In this document: positions 19,515 to 29,684 of the stretch, in pieces | Layout: each line of letters starts with the position of its first letter | Position numbering within the stretch: position 1 is the stretch's first letter | Assembly (NCBI GenBank): GCA_963666055.2 | Contig: CAXWPH010000015.1 | Coordinates: forward strand, 2,048,001 to 2,112,000 | DNA length: 64,000 nt | Direction: 5' to 3' | From: Acidobacteriota bacterium | Lineage (GTDB): Bacteria > Acidobacteriota > UBA890 > WLXD01 | The notes under the pieces: model-generated | Seen by the model: only the letters and a program-made list of their open reading frames with translations | The model's database searches: none | What the model was told of the DNA's origin: nothing | Translations under genes and position numbers: made by a program

Positions 19515-20923
19515 GCGGCTGGTCGAGGCGTTTCACTGCCGCAGCGTTTGTCTGCGTCGCGTCGCAGAGCTTTCTCGTCAGCCCGGTGGCGGCCCAACAA
19601 GTCTCGCAATCAGGCGAACGGGTCGATGGGGTGTCGGCCAGACAGGCCGCCAGCAGGTCGGAGCGCGCTAGCGTCCAGGTGTTCAGCCTCGAGCGCCTCG
19701 AAGAGCTGGCGGCGGCCAACAACCCGACGCTCGTACAGGCGAAGGCCGGCATCGCTGCTGCCATCGGGCACCGCGACCAGGCGGGTCGCTATCCCAACCC
19801 ACAGATCGCATACGTCGGTGAGGAGATCTCGTTCAAGCGTCCGGGCGACGGCAGCCAGCACATGCTGCTTCTCGAGCAACCTATCCTGCTCGGAGGGAAG
19901 CGCCGCTATCGCATCGAGCTGGCAGCCCGCTCGGAGGATCAGGCCCGCATCGAGGCCGAGGCGCAACTGCAGCGGGTGCTAACCGATGTGCGGTTGCTCT
20001 TCTACCGCGTGCTTGCAGCCGACGAGCTCCTGCGGCTCCGTGGTCAGCTGGCCGACATCGCCACCGAAGCGGTCGAGATCACCCGCCAGCTGGTCAACGT
20101 TGGCGCCGCCGCGCGGCCGGATCTTCTCGAATCGACCGTCGAGGCACGCCGCGCCACCGTCGCGCTGTTTCGGGCGCGGACCCAGGTCGCGGCAGCACGG
20201 CGGCGGCTTGCGGCCGTCGTCGGACACCAGGAGGTGGAGATCGGGCGACTCGAGGGAGCCTTGGCGCACGAGGCCCCCGAGCTTACCTACGAGAGCGTCC
20301 TCGCCGATCTCTACAACCGCAGCCCGGAGCTGGCGTTCGCGCGTATGGAGATCCTTCGCGCCGAGGCTCTGGTGCGCAGTGCGCAGGCCGAGGGCAAGCC
20401 AGACCTGTCCTTGATGGCGGGCGTTGGCTGGAACACCGACCGCTTCGAAGCCGGCCTCGAGATGCGGGGATGGCAGGGTCAGGTCGGTATCAGCCTCGAG
20501 CTGCCAGTCTCCGATCGCAACCAGGGCGAGATTGCCGCGGCGTTGGCGTTCAAGGATTTCGCCGCTTCCGCACTGCGCCGAATCGAGCTGTCAATTCGCT
20601 CCAGGGTGGCGAGTGTGTTCGCCGACTACGACAATGCCCGTACCGTCGTCCAGGTGTACCAGGCCGAGATCATCCCTACCGCCGCGGAGGCGCATGCCTT
20701 GTACCGCAGCAGCTACGAGCGCATGGCGGCTTCGTATCCACAGGTGCTGATCGCCCAGCGCAGCCTTTTCGAGGCACGCGCCGAGCATGTCGAGGGGCTG
20801 GACGCACTTTGGCACGCGGCGGTGACGATGCAGGGTCTTCTGCTGACGGACGGGCTTTCGGAGCCCGGAACGATCAGCGCGCCGGCGATGACGACCCCAG
20901 CTGGTGTAGGCCACGAACAATGA
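19511..20923 (+). CDS. TolC/CzcC-family outer membrane protein
   Basis: ANNPTL, YPNPQI, EQPILLGGKR, LPVSDRNQG; ATGA overlap with the oxidase. Confidence 0.9.
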   Translation: MSGWSRRFTAAAFVCVASQSFLVSPVAAQQVSQSGERVDGVSARQAASRSERASVQVFSLERLEELAAANNPTLVQAKAGIAAAIGHRDQAGRYPNPQIAYVGEEISFKRPGDGSQHMLLLEQPILLGGKRRYRIELAARSEDQARIEAEAQLQRVLTDVRLLFYRVLAADELLRLRGQLADIATEAVEITRQLVNVGAAARPDLLESTVEARRATVALFRARTQVAAARRRLAAVVGHQEVEIGRLEGALAHEAPELTYESVLADLYNRSPELAFARMEILRAEALVRSAQAEGKPDLSLMAGVGWNTDRFEAGLEMRGWQGQVGISLELPVSDRNQGEIAAALAFKDFAASALRRIELSIRSRVASVFADYDNARTVVQVYQAEIIPTAAEAHALYRSSYERMAASYPQVLIAQRSLFEARAEHVEGLDALWHAAVTMQGLLLTDGLSEPGTISAPAMTTPAGVGHEQ

Positions 20924-20963
20924 AGAAACGGGTCCAGCGTCGTGGCACGAGGCTTCGGGGCCC

Positions 20964-23126
20964 CTAACGAGTGCCGAAGAGCGTCGCCAGCGGGTTCTCC
21001 AGCATCCAGATCTCGGTGCGGTGTCGACCGGCGGAGAACACCAGTCGGTCGTCGTTCGGGTACAGCCGGATATCTCGCAGATCGCGTGGTAGCTCGTCCA
21101 CCAGAATGCGGGTTGCCCCATCCCTACCTGCCCATCCTAGTGAATGTCGGTCGGCATCGGCGCGCACGTATAGGGCGCCACTACCATCGTTGGTCCAGCC
21201 GATGATATCGACGCCCTGCGAGCTCGTACCCAGCGTGGTGATGTCATGTCGCTCGCCGGTTGTCAGGCTGATGAACTCGAGGATCCAGCTGGCCGGCTGG
21301 CCTGGGTCGTCGCGCCGAGTCGCGGTGGCCAGCATCGTGCCGTCGGGGGCGAACGAAAGGGCGCGTACGTCCGCCGGCGAAGCCCCCATCATCAGCACCG
21401 TCTCCTCGCGACTGTCGATGTTTCGCAGCACCAGATCGCCCTTGCCTTCTCGCTGTTGCGGGCGGTAGTACGCTAAGAAGCGACCGTCCGGCGACAGCGC
21501 CGGAGCGGCGGCGCAACCGCAGCTCGGGCGGTCCCAGGTGACCATCGGTTCCACCGCGGCGGTGTCTGCATCGATGGCATAGATACCCCAGCGACTGTCC
21601 TGATCGAGGGCCTCGACCACCAGGTGTGTGCCGTCCGGATGCCAGCGCGGAGCCAGCACCTTACGTAGGTCCGGCGCTGGGGAGTGCTCTGCGCCCGTCC
21701 GCAGATCGCGGACAACCAGAATCGTGGGCCCGAGGCCAGCAGGCAGCATGCCCCGGTCGGATAGGTAGACCATGCGCCGACCGTCGGCAGATAGGGCAGG
21801 CGATCGATTGACCCCGACGAACCGGCCGCCGATCGCTACACGCTCGCCGATGGCGCCGGTTTGCGGATCGATGGTAGCGGTGTAGATGTCGTTGAGGCTG
21901 ATCTGCTGCGCGTAGACCAGCGCCCCGTGATCGGCGAAACCCAGCGGGATGCTGCGCGCGAAGTCCGGCTTGACGAGCTGCGGCTCGTTGCGCCTGCGGC
22001 CATCGCGACCGACCTCGACGACCCATGCCGCCAGTGTCCCCGTACGGTCGCTGACGAACAACACGTGCCGTCCGTCTGTGGTCCAGATCGGCAGCAGATC
22101 GTTGGCGGGGTGATCCACGAGCTTGGTGGTTACCGAGCCGTCGCTGGCGATCAGCAGGATATCGTGGGTACCGTCGTCGTTGAGATGGTGGTATGCAATC
22201 CAGTGCCCGTCGGGCGACAGCCGCGCGGTTACGGACGCCGTCGGACCGAGCTCGGCCACCACGCGCACGCTGCCATCTTCGATGGAGATCAGCGCTAGCT
22301 CGTGGGTGGTGTCGTCGACGTCCACCACGGCCAACAGATCATCGCCGTCGGTTGACCAACTCTCGAGCTGGACTTGACGAGGTCGCATCCATCCGGCGAG
22401 CACCGAGTGCTCCTCGGATCCGTCCGCCGAGATGATGCGAATCTCGTAGCCAGCCTCGGGCGAGCGCCGCGTATAGGCGACGCTTCGGCCGTCGGGTGAT
22501 ACGACGCTCGAGCGCCACATGTTGCTGTCCAGGGCGCTACCGAGATCGGTCACGGCGCGTTGGAAACCTCGGTCCAGGTCGTGGATCGCGAGGCTACCGG
22601 AGGCGGAGTCGATGAACGAAATAAAGCTCCCATCAGGCGACAGCGCGCCGAACGCATAGGCTTCCGACCCTTCCAGGAGTCGCCGCGCGACCATCGAGTT
22701 GCCCCCGCCGATGCGTAGCTCGTCGCCCAGCACGGCTCGCGCCAGGCGCACGAGCTCGCTGAGTCGCGGATCCATGGCGTAGTTGGTGACGATCCGCCGG
22801 TGGTGCGCCAACGCCTCCTCGACGCGACCGACTCGCGAAAGCAGCACCGCAAGACGAAACTCAGCAACCGCCGCCAGCGGTGCATCGGCATCCGGCGCGG
22901 CCAGCGCCCGCTCGTAGGAAGCAATGGCCGCCTCGGGATCGCCTACCGCCTCTTCGAGATGGATGGCTCGCTGCAGAAGCTGACGCGCCGAGTCGGGTGT
23001 CTGTGGAATCGTGGCGCCGGCGCTGTTGCCATTGGTCACGAGCATGGTGCCGCAAAGCGCGACGGCCACGCCGACGATCGTTGCCCATCGGGAGCGAGAG
23101 GCAGTTAGACCGATGCCAGGGGTCAT
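20964..23126 (-). CDS. TPR plus PD40 (TolB-like beta-propeller) exported protein
   Basis: N-terminal hydrophobic segment, TPR-like helices (AIASYERAL), repeated SPDG/WxxDG units. Confidence 0.85.
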   Translation of the reverse strand: MTPGIGLTASRSRWATIVGVAVALCGTMLVTNGNSAGATIPQTPDSARQLLQRAIHLEEAVGDPEAAIASYERALAAPDADAPLAAVAEFRLAVLLSRVGRVEEALAHHRRIVTNYAMDPRLSELVRLARAVLGDELRIGGGNSMVARRLLEGSEAYAFGALSPDGSFISFIDSASGSLAIHDLDRGFQRAVTDLGSALDSNMWRSSVVSPDGRSVAYTRRSPEAGYEIRIISADGSEEHSVLAGWMRPRQVQLESWSTDGDDLLAVVDVDDTTHELALISIEDGSVRVVAELGPTASVTARLSPDGHWIAYHHLNDDGTHDILLIASDGSVTTKLVDHPANDLLPIWTTDGRHVLFVSDRTGTLAAWVVEVGRDGRRRNEPQLVKPDFARSIPLGFADHGALVYAQQISLNDIYTATIDPQTGAIGERVAIGGRFVGVNRSPALSADGRRMVYLSDRGMLPAGLGPTILVVRDLRTGAEHSPAPDLRKVLAPRWHPDGTHLVVEALDQDSRWGIYAIDADTAAVEPMVTWDRPSCGCAAAPALSPDGRFLAYYRPQQREGKGDLVLRNIDSREETVLMMGASPADVRALSFAPDGTMLATATRRDDPGQPASWILEFISLTTGERHDITTLGTSSQGVDIIGWTNDGSGALYVRADADRHSLGWAGRDGATRILVDELPRDLRDIRLYPNDDRLVFSAGRHRTEIWMLENPLATLFGTR

Positions 23127-23815
23127 GGGATGAACTTGTAGCCGGCGCCGCGCACCGTCAACAGGTGACGTGGGTTCTGCGAGTCGGCCTCGAGCTTCTG
23201 CCGCAGGCGATACATGAATGTGTCGATCGTGCGCGTCGTCGGGTAGGCGTTGAGCCCCCACACGTCATCGAGGAGCCGATCGCGGGTGATCACCTCGTGC
23301 GGATGCTCGATCATCAACCGCAGCATGGCCACCTCACGGTCGGTCAGGTCGTACTGCTCGGAGCCCTTGAAAACCACGTATTGCCCGAAATCGACCACCG
23401 CATCGCCGATCTTTATCCGTTCGGCGCTGCCGTTGTCATCGGCGGCACGACGCAGGTGAGCCCGCACGCGCGCCAGTAACTCCTTCACGCTGAACGGCTT
23501 GGTGACGTAGTCATCCGCGCCGGTATCCAGCCCCACGACCTTGTCCCCCTCCTGCGACTTCGCTGTGAGCATGATTATCGGGGTGCGGATACCCCTTTGG
23601 CGCAGCTCGCGACACACCTGAATACCGTCGAGCTTGGGCAACATCACGTCGAGAAGAATCAGGTCCGCGCGACCGGTCAATGCCAGCTCGATGCCGGCCT
23701 CGCCGTCGGCCGCCACCAGCGCCGCGAATCCGTTGTGCTCGAGCGCGTCGCGGAGCCCGCTGACCAGGTGAGGCTCATCCTCGATTATCAGGATTGTCGA
23801 TCGGTTCTCACTCAA
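23123..23815 (-). CDS. OmpR/PhoB-family response regulator
   Basis: IIEDE, LLDVMLP, GADDYVTKPF, TRTIDTF, TVRGAGY. Confidence 0.95.
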   Translation of the reverse strand: MSENRSTILIIEDEPHLVSGLRDALEHNGFAALVAADGEAGIELALTGRADLILLDVMLPKLDGIQVCRELRQRGIRTPIIMLTAKSQEGDKVVGLDTGADDYVTKPFSVKELLARVRAHLRRAADDNGSAERIKIGDAVVDFGQYVVFKGSEQYDLTDREVAMLRLMIEHPHEVITRDRLLDDVWGLNAYPTTRTIDTFMYRLRQKLEADSQNPRHLLTVRGAGYKFIP

Positions 23816-24791
23816 GAGGATCCTTCCCGCTCGGTTGTTCGTCGAACTCCAGGCTCGTCGTGCGGCGCCGCTGTTTCGCTTCGGGGTCGCGCGGCAGCAC
23901 GACGGTGAAGGTCGTACCGTGGTTCGGCGTGCTGTCGACGTCGATGGAACCGCGATGGGCATCAACAATATGGCGCACGATGGTCAGCCCGATGCCGCTG
24001 CCGGCGACGGATCGGAGCTCGGGATTATCAATGCGGCAGAACGGATCGAAGATCTGCTCGACGGCCTCGTCGGTCATACCGACTCCAGTGTCTGAGACCT
24101 CGATCCGCACTCCGTCGTCTTCGGCTGCAAGGGTCACGGCAACGTGCTTGTCGCCCTCGCCGATGTACTTGGAGGCATTCGACAACAGGTTCACAAGCAC
24201 CTGAGCGATGCCGTCACGATCGATCCGCACTACCACGGGTTCGGTCGGAAGGTCGACCTCGAGTTCGATGCCAGCGGTTTCAAACGAGTATCGGTAACGC
24301 TCGATGATGTCGGCAATCAGGCGATTCAGATCGTCGGGCCGGAAGCGGAAATCGCGGCGGCCCGACTCGATGCGCGAGAAATCCAGCACATTCTCTATGA
24401 CGCCGGAAAGTCGCTCGCTCTCGTCCAGCATCACCTGGTAGTACTCGGGCTTCTTGGACTCTGGGAGCCATCCGGCCCGGAGGTTCTCGGCGAACATGCG
24501 AATCAGCGATAGCGGTGTCTTGAGCTCGTGTGAGACATTCGACACGAAGTCCGAGCGGGCTCGCGCCAGTGCCACCTCACGCGAGATGGTGCGGGTGGCG
24601 AGCACCAGCCCTCCTACCACGGCCAGGAACGCGGCCAACAGCAGCACAGCGTAGTCCATCACGTCGCGTTGCCCCACCGCCGCCAAGGTGCCGGCGCTTG
24701 GGAAGGCGGCGATGTGCCACCCGGGCAACGCTACCAGGGCGATCCGGGCAGTCACCTTGTCCTTCGGGGGGTCGCTCGTCGTTGCCGACAC
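23808..24791 (-). pseudogene. Sensor histidine kinase, apparently 5'-truncated (end of sensor domain, one TM, HisKA, HATPase)
   Basis: SHELKTPL, NLLSNASKY, DTGVG, GSGIGL; no signal peptide or first TM; in-frame stop shortly upstream where unrelated sequence begins. Confidence 0.7.
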
Positions 24792-24795
24792 GATC

Positions 24796-25170
24796 TCTGT
24801 GGCGGATCTGCGTCGTCGCTGCTACGTCGCCTACGTCGGCATTGCGAGAAGGTTGAAGCGTCGTGTCGACGAGCATTTGATTGGAAGAGACAGCAGCGTC
24901 GCTGTTGGAACGTCGGCGACCGGGATCAATCCCGAGTACGTAACGGAGGTCCGCTGGTGGCAGAACGGTGCTTTCAGGGGGAAGCAGGCGCTGGCGGCCG
25001 CCGAGGTTTCTGGCAACAGAGATCTTGCAACCCGTTCTCCGCAGTAGAGCCAGGACTCCGCTGGCAACAACAAAGAAGATCCACGATCCAGCATTCCGAG
25101 AGCGGATGGACGCCTTGTTCAAGGGCGAGCCCACCGGGAAAGTGCCTGTGCCGAACCTCGCCAGCCTGGC
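24796..25170 (+). pseudogene. GIY-YIG-like nuclease fragment, frameshifted
   Basis: YVAYVGIARRLKRRVDEHL motif; continues in another frame as LQPVLRSR...FKGEPTGKV; no start codon. Confidence 0.6.
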
Positions 25171-25263
25171 ACGGACGCCGGGCTGCAGTAGCGGAACCTC
25201 GGCCGGGTCCACGTACTTGAACCACTCACGCTTGAACAGCCCGCCTCCGAAGGGCCGCGGGCT
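25168..25263 (-). pseudogene. Short phage terminase large subunit fragment (linker to nuclease domain)
   Basis: Hand translation SPRPFGGGLFKREWFKYVDPAEVPLLQPGVRA resembles the 'P...GGLFKREWF...VRAWD' segment of terminases. Confidence 0.55.
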
Positions 25264-25268
25264 GTCTA

Positions 25269-25305
25269 CGCGAGTTGAAAAATCTCTGCGCGAGTTGAAA
25301 AAATC
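25269..25305 (+). repeat. Direct repeat CGCGAGTTGAAAAA(A)TC x2, 20-bp period
   Basis: Read directly. Confidence 0.75.
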
Positions 25306-25473
25306 AAGGACGCGTGGCCGGAGCTGCCCAGACGGTCACCGGGGCGCTGCTACTCTTGCCGTCGCCGCCGGCGACCGCGCCGTCGCCACTGCGCCTCGTG
25401 TAATAGCCGTCAGCGCCCGTGTGTCGGGCCCCAGTGAACAATCGATCCGCTTAGAGCTCGGAGCTTTAACAAC

Positions 25474-26526
25474 ATGGCAAATAAGGCCAGTCTGACAGAA
25501 CTAGATGAGGCCATTAAGGCGCTTGAGTCGGTCGACATCGATCGGCTGAAAAGACCATCTCTAGGCGATGAATCACTCGCTAAAGACATCGTCAGTCGGC
25601 TAACGCCGATTGGGAAACTCGCAGACCTAGCCAAGCGCTACGCCCCGCTTGTTCATTACAATCTCGTTGGAGAGGTTCGAAACACCATTGCGACGATCAC
25701 CCAGGCCATGAATGCCCATGCTGCGCTCGAACCATCCCAATATATCGACCAAAAAGTGGCGTTCCTCCAAGACCTCGACGATCGGATCGAGGAATCCAAA
25801 AACTGGCAGCCGACACTCGCTGCGGCAGCGGTACTCGATCGCGGCCTTCTCGACGATGAAGGCGTCAAGCGCGCGAGCGACCTGGCGCTGGAGAACCTAA
25901 AAGAGACGGCTGCCGAAACGCTTGCAACGATCAAAGTCGAAGCCGATAAGGCCATCCAAGGAGCTCAGGATCTGGCCGAGGAGATCGAGGCTAGAGCCCG
26001 CCGTACGGCGTCACAGATCTCCGTTGAGGAGGCACAGAATCAGTTTAAAGAAGCGGCTAAAGGTGACGAGAAGAGTGTCCGCCGTTGGTGGTGGACAGCT
26101 ATTGGCTCGGTCGGCCTCTTAGTTATTTTCCCGCTGCTGTTTATGCTATGGGAACTCCCAGCCGGCGAGTGGCCAGTGGCGCTGTATCACACGTTGCTTA
26201 GGATACTCGTGCTGAGCGCCATAGCTGGCACGGCGGCGTTCACATTCAGGATGCTCAGAGCGCATCTCCACCTAGCTGAGAAGAACAAGCATCGCGTGAG
26301 AGTGGCGAACAGCGTCGCGGATCGTCTGAAAGAACCTCGAGGCCGCCGAGGTGTCGTCGCCGACGTGCGGTACCAGCTGGAGCAGCGCTTCGGTTACCAG
26401 CTCCGGCGTCAGCTCCGCGGCGAAGCCCTCCGGCCACGGGTGCGGAAAGCTCGGCAGCCGCGCCAGCACTGCCCGCGGCAGCACGGCGCACAGGCCGCCC
26501 GTGAGCTCTGGGTGCTGGTGCTCTAG
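25474..26526 (+). pseudogene. Coiled-coil plus 2-TM hypothetical protein; native sequence appears to end near 26315, the rest is read-through
   Basis: More AT-rich codon usage than neighbours; composition changes abruptly after EKNKHRVRVANSV. Confidence 0.6.
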
Positions 26527-26782
26527 GTTGCGTAGGCGCCGGTAGCGCGTCGGCAGCCGCGATGGCCAGCGCGGAGACAAACCCACCGCGGGGTTGTCGA
26601 TCGCTGCGGCGGCGCCAGGATTCTCATTACGGCTTGGTGTCCAGCATGACCACGATCCAGTCGTTCCTAAACTGGGTCTCTGGTACCCATGAGTTCTTGT
26701 CTGGTATTGTGTCTGTAATTGTATGCACCTTGAGATCGTGTCTTGGTATCTTGTTTCATTGCAACGACTTAGAGAAAATAAG

Positions 26783-26874
26783 TGGCGGAGGGGGTGGGAT
26801 TCGAACCCACGGCACGGAATGAACCGTGCAACGGCTTAGCAGGCCGCCCTATTCGTCCGCTCTAGCACCCCTCC
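26783..26874 (-). tRNA. tRNA-Ser(GCT)
   Basis: GGAGGGG acceptor stem, anticodon loop CTGCTAA, long variable arm, GGTTCGAATCC, encoded CCA. Confidence 0.96.
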
Positions 26875-26909
26875 AACGGGACGTGATCTCCATGCGCCGG
26901 CGACTGAGG

Positions 26910-27002
26910 CGGAGGCAGAAGGATTCGAACCTTCGGACCGCCTTTGAAAGCGGTCAACGGTTTTCAAGACCGCCGCATTCAGCCGGACTCTGCCATGCCT
27001 CC
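26910..27002 (-). tRNA. tRNA-Ser(TGA)
   Basis: GGAGGCA acceptor stem, anticodon loop CTTGAAA, long variable arm, GGTTCGAATCC; followed by CCT, so CCA is not fully encoded. Confidence 0.95.
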
Positions 27003-27051
27003 GGATGAGCGGTAGGTTACCAAGACCAAGCGTGCGAGGTAGCCCCTGTGG

Positions 27052-28341
27052 CTAACCGCCGGGGCGGTTGATTGGGTCGATGCGCTCGATATCGGCCAGG
27101 TATGGACGCAAGGCCTTCGGCACCCGCACTGTCCCATCGGCTTGCTGCTGGTTCTCCAGGAGTGCTACGAGGGCGCGACCGACCGCAATCCCCGAGCCGT
27201 TCAGGGTGTGAGTCAGCCGCGTCTTTCCATCACCCTCGGGCCGGTAACGAATGTCGGCGCGTCGCGCTTGGAAGTCGGTGCAGTTGCTGCATGACGAGAT
27301 CTCTCGATAACGACCCTGTGAGGGTAGCCAAACCTCCAGGTCGTAGGTCTTGGCGGCAGCGAAGCCCATGTCGCCCGTCGACAGCGTGATCACACGATAA
27401 GGCAACTCCAGACCCTGCAGGATGCGCTCGGCGTCGGCGGTGAGCGTCTCTAGCGCCTCGAAAGAGGATTCCGCGTCGGTGATCCAGACGAGCTCGACCT
27501 TGTTGAACTGGTGCATGCGTATGAGCCCGCGAGTGTCGCGACCGTAAGAGCCCGCTTCACGACGGAAGCACGACGTATGGGCGCAGTACTTCACCGGAAG
27601 ATCTGTTGCAGCGAGGATCTCGGCGCTGTGGAGGTTTACCAGCGGCACTTCGGAGGTCGGAATCAGGTAAAGATCGTCGCCGCCCACGAAGAAGGCGTCA
27701 TCGGCGAACTTTGGCAACTGGCCGCTTCCCTGCATGGCCTGCGGTGTTACCAGCAGCGGCGTGAGCACCTCCAGGTAGCCGTGGCTTGTGTGTACATCCA
27801 GCATGAAGGCAGCGAGTGCCCGCTCGAGCCTTGCGCCGGCGCCGAATTGCACCGAAAAGCGTGCTCCAGAGAGTTTTGCCGCACGCGCGAAGTCGAAGAT
27901 GCCGAGCGACTCACCGAGCTCGACGTGATCGCGGGGCTCGAAGTCGAACTCTGTCGGCTGACCCCAAGTGCGCTCAGTGCGGTTGGACGCCTCGTCCTCG
28001 CCAATCGGCACGCTCTCATGCGGCAGGTTTGGCACGCACAGCATATCGTCGCGAATCGCTGCTTCGACGCCCTTGAGCTCGCCCTCGAGCTCCTTGATGC
28101 GATCGCCTACACTCCGCATGCTCGACATGATCTCGCTGGCGTCGGCACCGCTGCGCTTGAGCTCGCCGATCCGTTTGCTGGTTTCGTTACGCTCTGCCTG
28201 CAGCCCCTCGACCTCACCGATGAGCGCACGTCGCTGTTTGTCGCGGGCCATCAGCGCTTCGATGTCTACATCCGAGTGGCGCTGCGCCAGCGCGTTGCGC
28301 ACTTGGTCGGGGTGTCGACGGATGATGCTGAAGTCGAGCAT
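27052..28341 (-). CDS. serS: Serine--tRNA ligase
   Basis: [49 protein letters not shown]. Confidence 0.98.
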   Translation of the reverse strand: MLDFSIIRRHPDQVRNALAQRHSDVDIEALMARDKQRRALIGEVEGLQAERNETSKRIGELKRSGADASEIMSSMRSVGDRIKELEGELKGVEAAIRDDMLCVPNLPHESVPIGEDEASNRTERTWGQPTEFDFEPRDHVELGESLGIFDFARAAKLSGARFSVQFGAGARLERALAAFMLDVHTSHGYLEVLTPLLVTPQAMQGSGQLPKFADDAFFVGGDDLYLIPTSEVPLVNLHSAEILAATDLPVKYCAHTSCFRREAGSYGRDTRGLIRMHQFNKVELVWITDAESSFEALETLTADAERILQGLELPYRVITLSTGDMGFAAAKTYDLEVWLPSQGRYREISSCSNCTDFQARRADIRYRPEGDGKTRLTHTLNGSGIAVGRALVALLENQQQADGTVRVPKALRPYLADIERIDPINRPGG

Positions 28342-28460
28342 TCGGGAGACCTGGGTGGCGAAGTACGGGGACTCTGCCCAGAGGATATCGGGGTCACCGA
28401 TGGCGCACGAGTACGCGTGGTAGCTTCGAGCGTTCCAGTTGTCGACAGCACAGGATCACC

Positions 28461-29321
28461 ATGAGCTTCCGCACGACGGTCATTCCGGTTGCGGGCCTCG
28501 GCACGCGCTTCCTGCCCGCCACCAAGGCGACCCCCAAGGAAATGCTCCCGGTGTTCGATCGGCCGCTGCTGCAGTACGCCGTCGAGGAGTCGGTGGCCGC
28601 TGGCGGCAGCCGAATCGTCTTGATTACCGCACCCGGCAAGACCTCTGTGCTGAAGCACTTCGCCGCCGATCCGGGGCTCGAAGCCACCCTCCGCGAACGC
28701 GGTAAGAACGCGATGCTCCAGGTGGTCCAGTCGGTAACCAGCCTCGCCCGGGTAGAGGCGGTGGAGCAACGGAAGCCCTGCGGTGTGGGGCACGCGATCT
28801 TGCAGGCGCGCGAGGCGGTAGGCGACGAGTGCTTCGCGGTGATGTTTCCGGACGACTTCCTGCTGGCGAAGGTTCCCGTCCTCGAACAACTCCGACGCGT
28901 TCACGTCCAACACGGAGGCATCGTGGTGGCGGTCGAGCGAGTACCGCACGAGCACGTCGATCGGTACGGCGTGATCAGCGGCGAACGTGTTGCCGCCAAC
29001 GTCTATCGCGTCACCGACATGGTGGAAAAGCCTTCGATCGACGAGGCGCCCACGGATCTGGCGATCGTCGGTCGCTACGTGCTTCCGCCGAAAATCTTCA
29101 GGATCCTTGGCGAGACCGGTGCCGGCGTCGGCGGCGAGCTCCAGCTAACGGACGCGCTGAGGTCCGCGCTAAGCGAGGAACCCTGTCATGCGGTGGAGTT
29201 CGAGGGGGTCCGCTACGACTGCGGCAGCCGCTTCGGGCTTTTGCAGGCGACCGTCGAGGTGGCACGACGTCATCCCGAAGTCGGGGGCAGATTTCGTCGC
29301 TACCTGAGCGAGCTGGACTGA
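28461..29321 (+). CDS. galU: UTP--glucose-1-phosphate uridylyltransferase
   Basis: PVAGLGTRFLPATKATPKEMLP, VEKP, GELQLTDAL, RYDCG. Confidence 0.95.
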   Translation: MSFRTTVIPVAGLGTRFLPATKATPKEMLPVFDRPLLQYAVEESVAAGGSRIVLITAPGKTSVLKHFAADPGLEATLRERGKNAMLQVVQSVTSLARVEAVEQRKPCGVGHAILQAREAVGDECFAVMFPDDFLLAKVPVLEQLRRVHVQHGGIVVAVERVPHEHVDRYGVISGERVAANVYRVTDMVEKPSIDEAPTDLAIVGRYVLPPKIFRILGETGAGVGGELQLTDALRSALSEEPCHAVEFEGVRYDCGSRFGLLQATVEVARRHPEVGGRFRRYLSELD

Positions 29322-29357
29322 CGCGGGGCGACTATCGCTAGTGAGCCACAGGAGACG

Positions 29358-29684
29358 CTAATCGCTCTTCTTATCGGGTTTCTTCGAAGTCTTGTCGCTC
29401 GTCGACTTGGCGGCCGTATCAGAGTTCTTCTTCTCCGACCCCTTCTGGCCCTCGCCCTTGCTGCCTTCGGCAGATTCCTTGCTGTCCGATGCCGGCTTCT
29501 TGCCCTTGTCGGAGTAGTCGGTGACGTACCAACCGGTGCCCTTGAACTGGATCGCTGGAGCATGCACGAGTCGATCGACACGCCCCTTGCACTCCGGACA
29601 AGTGCGCACAACGCGATCCGAGAATTTCTGTATGCGTTCGAAGCGATGGCCGCATTTGCGGCACTCGTACTCGTAGATTGGCAT
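29358..29684 (-). CDS. FmdB-family zinc-ribbon protein
   Basis: MPIYEYECRKCGHRFE...CPECKG...FKGTGWYVTDY with Lys/Ser-rich tail. Confidence 0.92.
   Translation of the reverse strand: MPIYEYECRKCGHRFERIQKFSDRVVRTCPECKGRVDRLVHAPAIQFKGTGWYVTDYSDKGKKPASDSKESAEGSKGEGQKGSEKKNSDTAAKSTSDKTSKKPDKKSD

Noticed and set aside
26910-27002. Possible tRNA-Sec (TTCA visible on the + strand, next to serS)
   Set aside because: The gene is on the minus strand; the anticodon loop reads CTTGAAA (TGA, Ser) with a normal 7-bp acceptor stem
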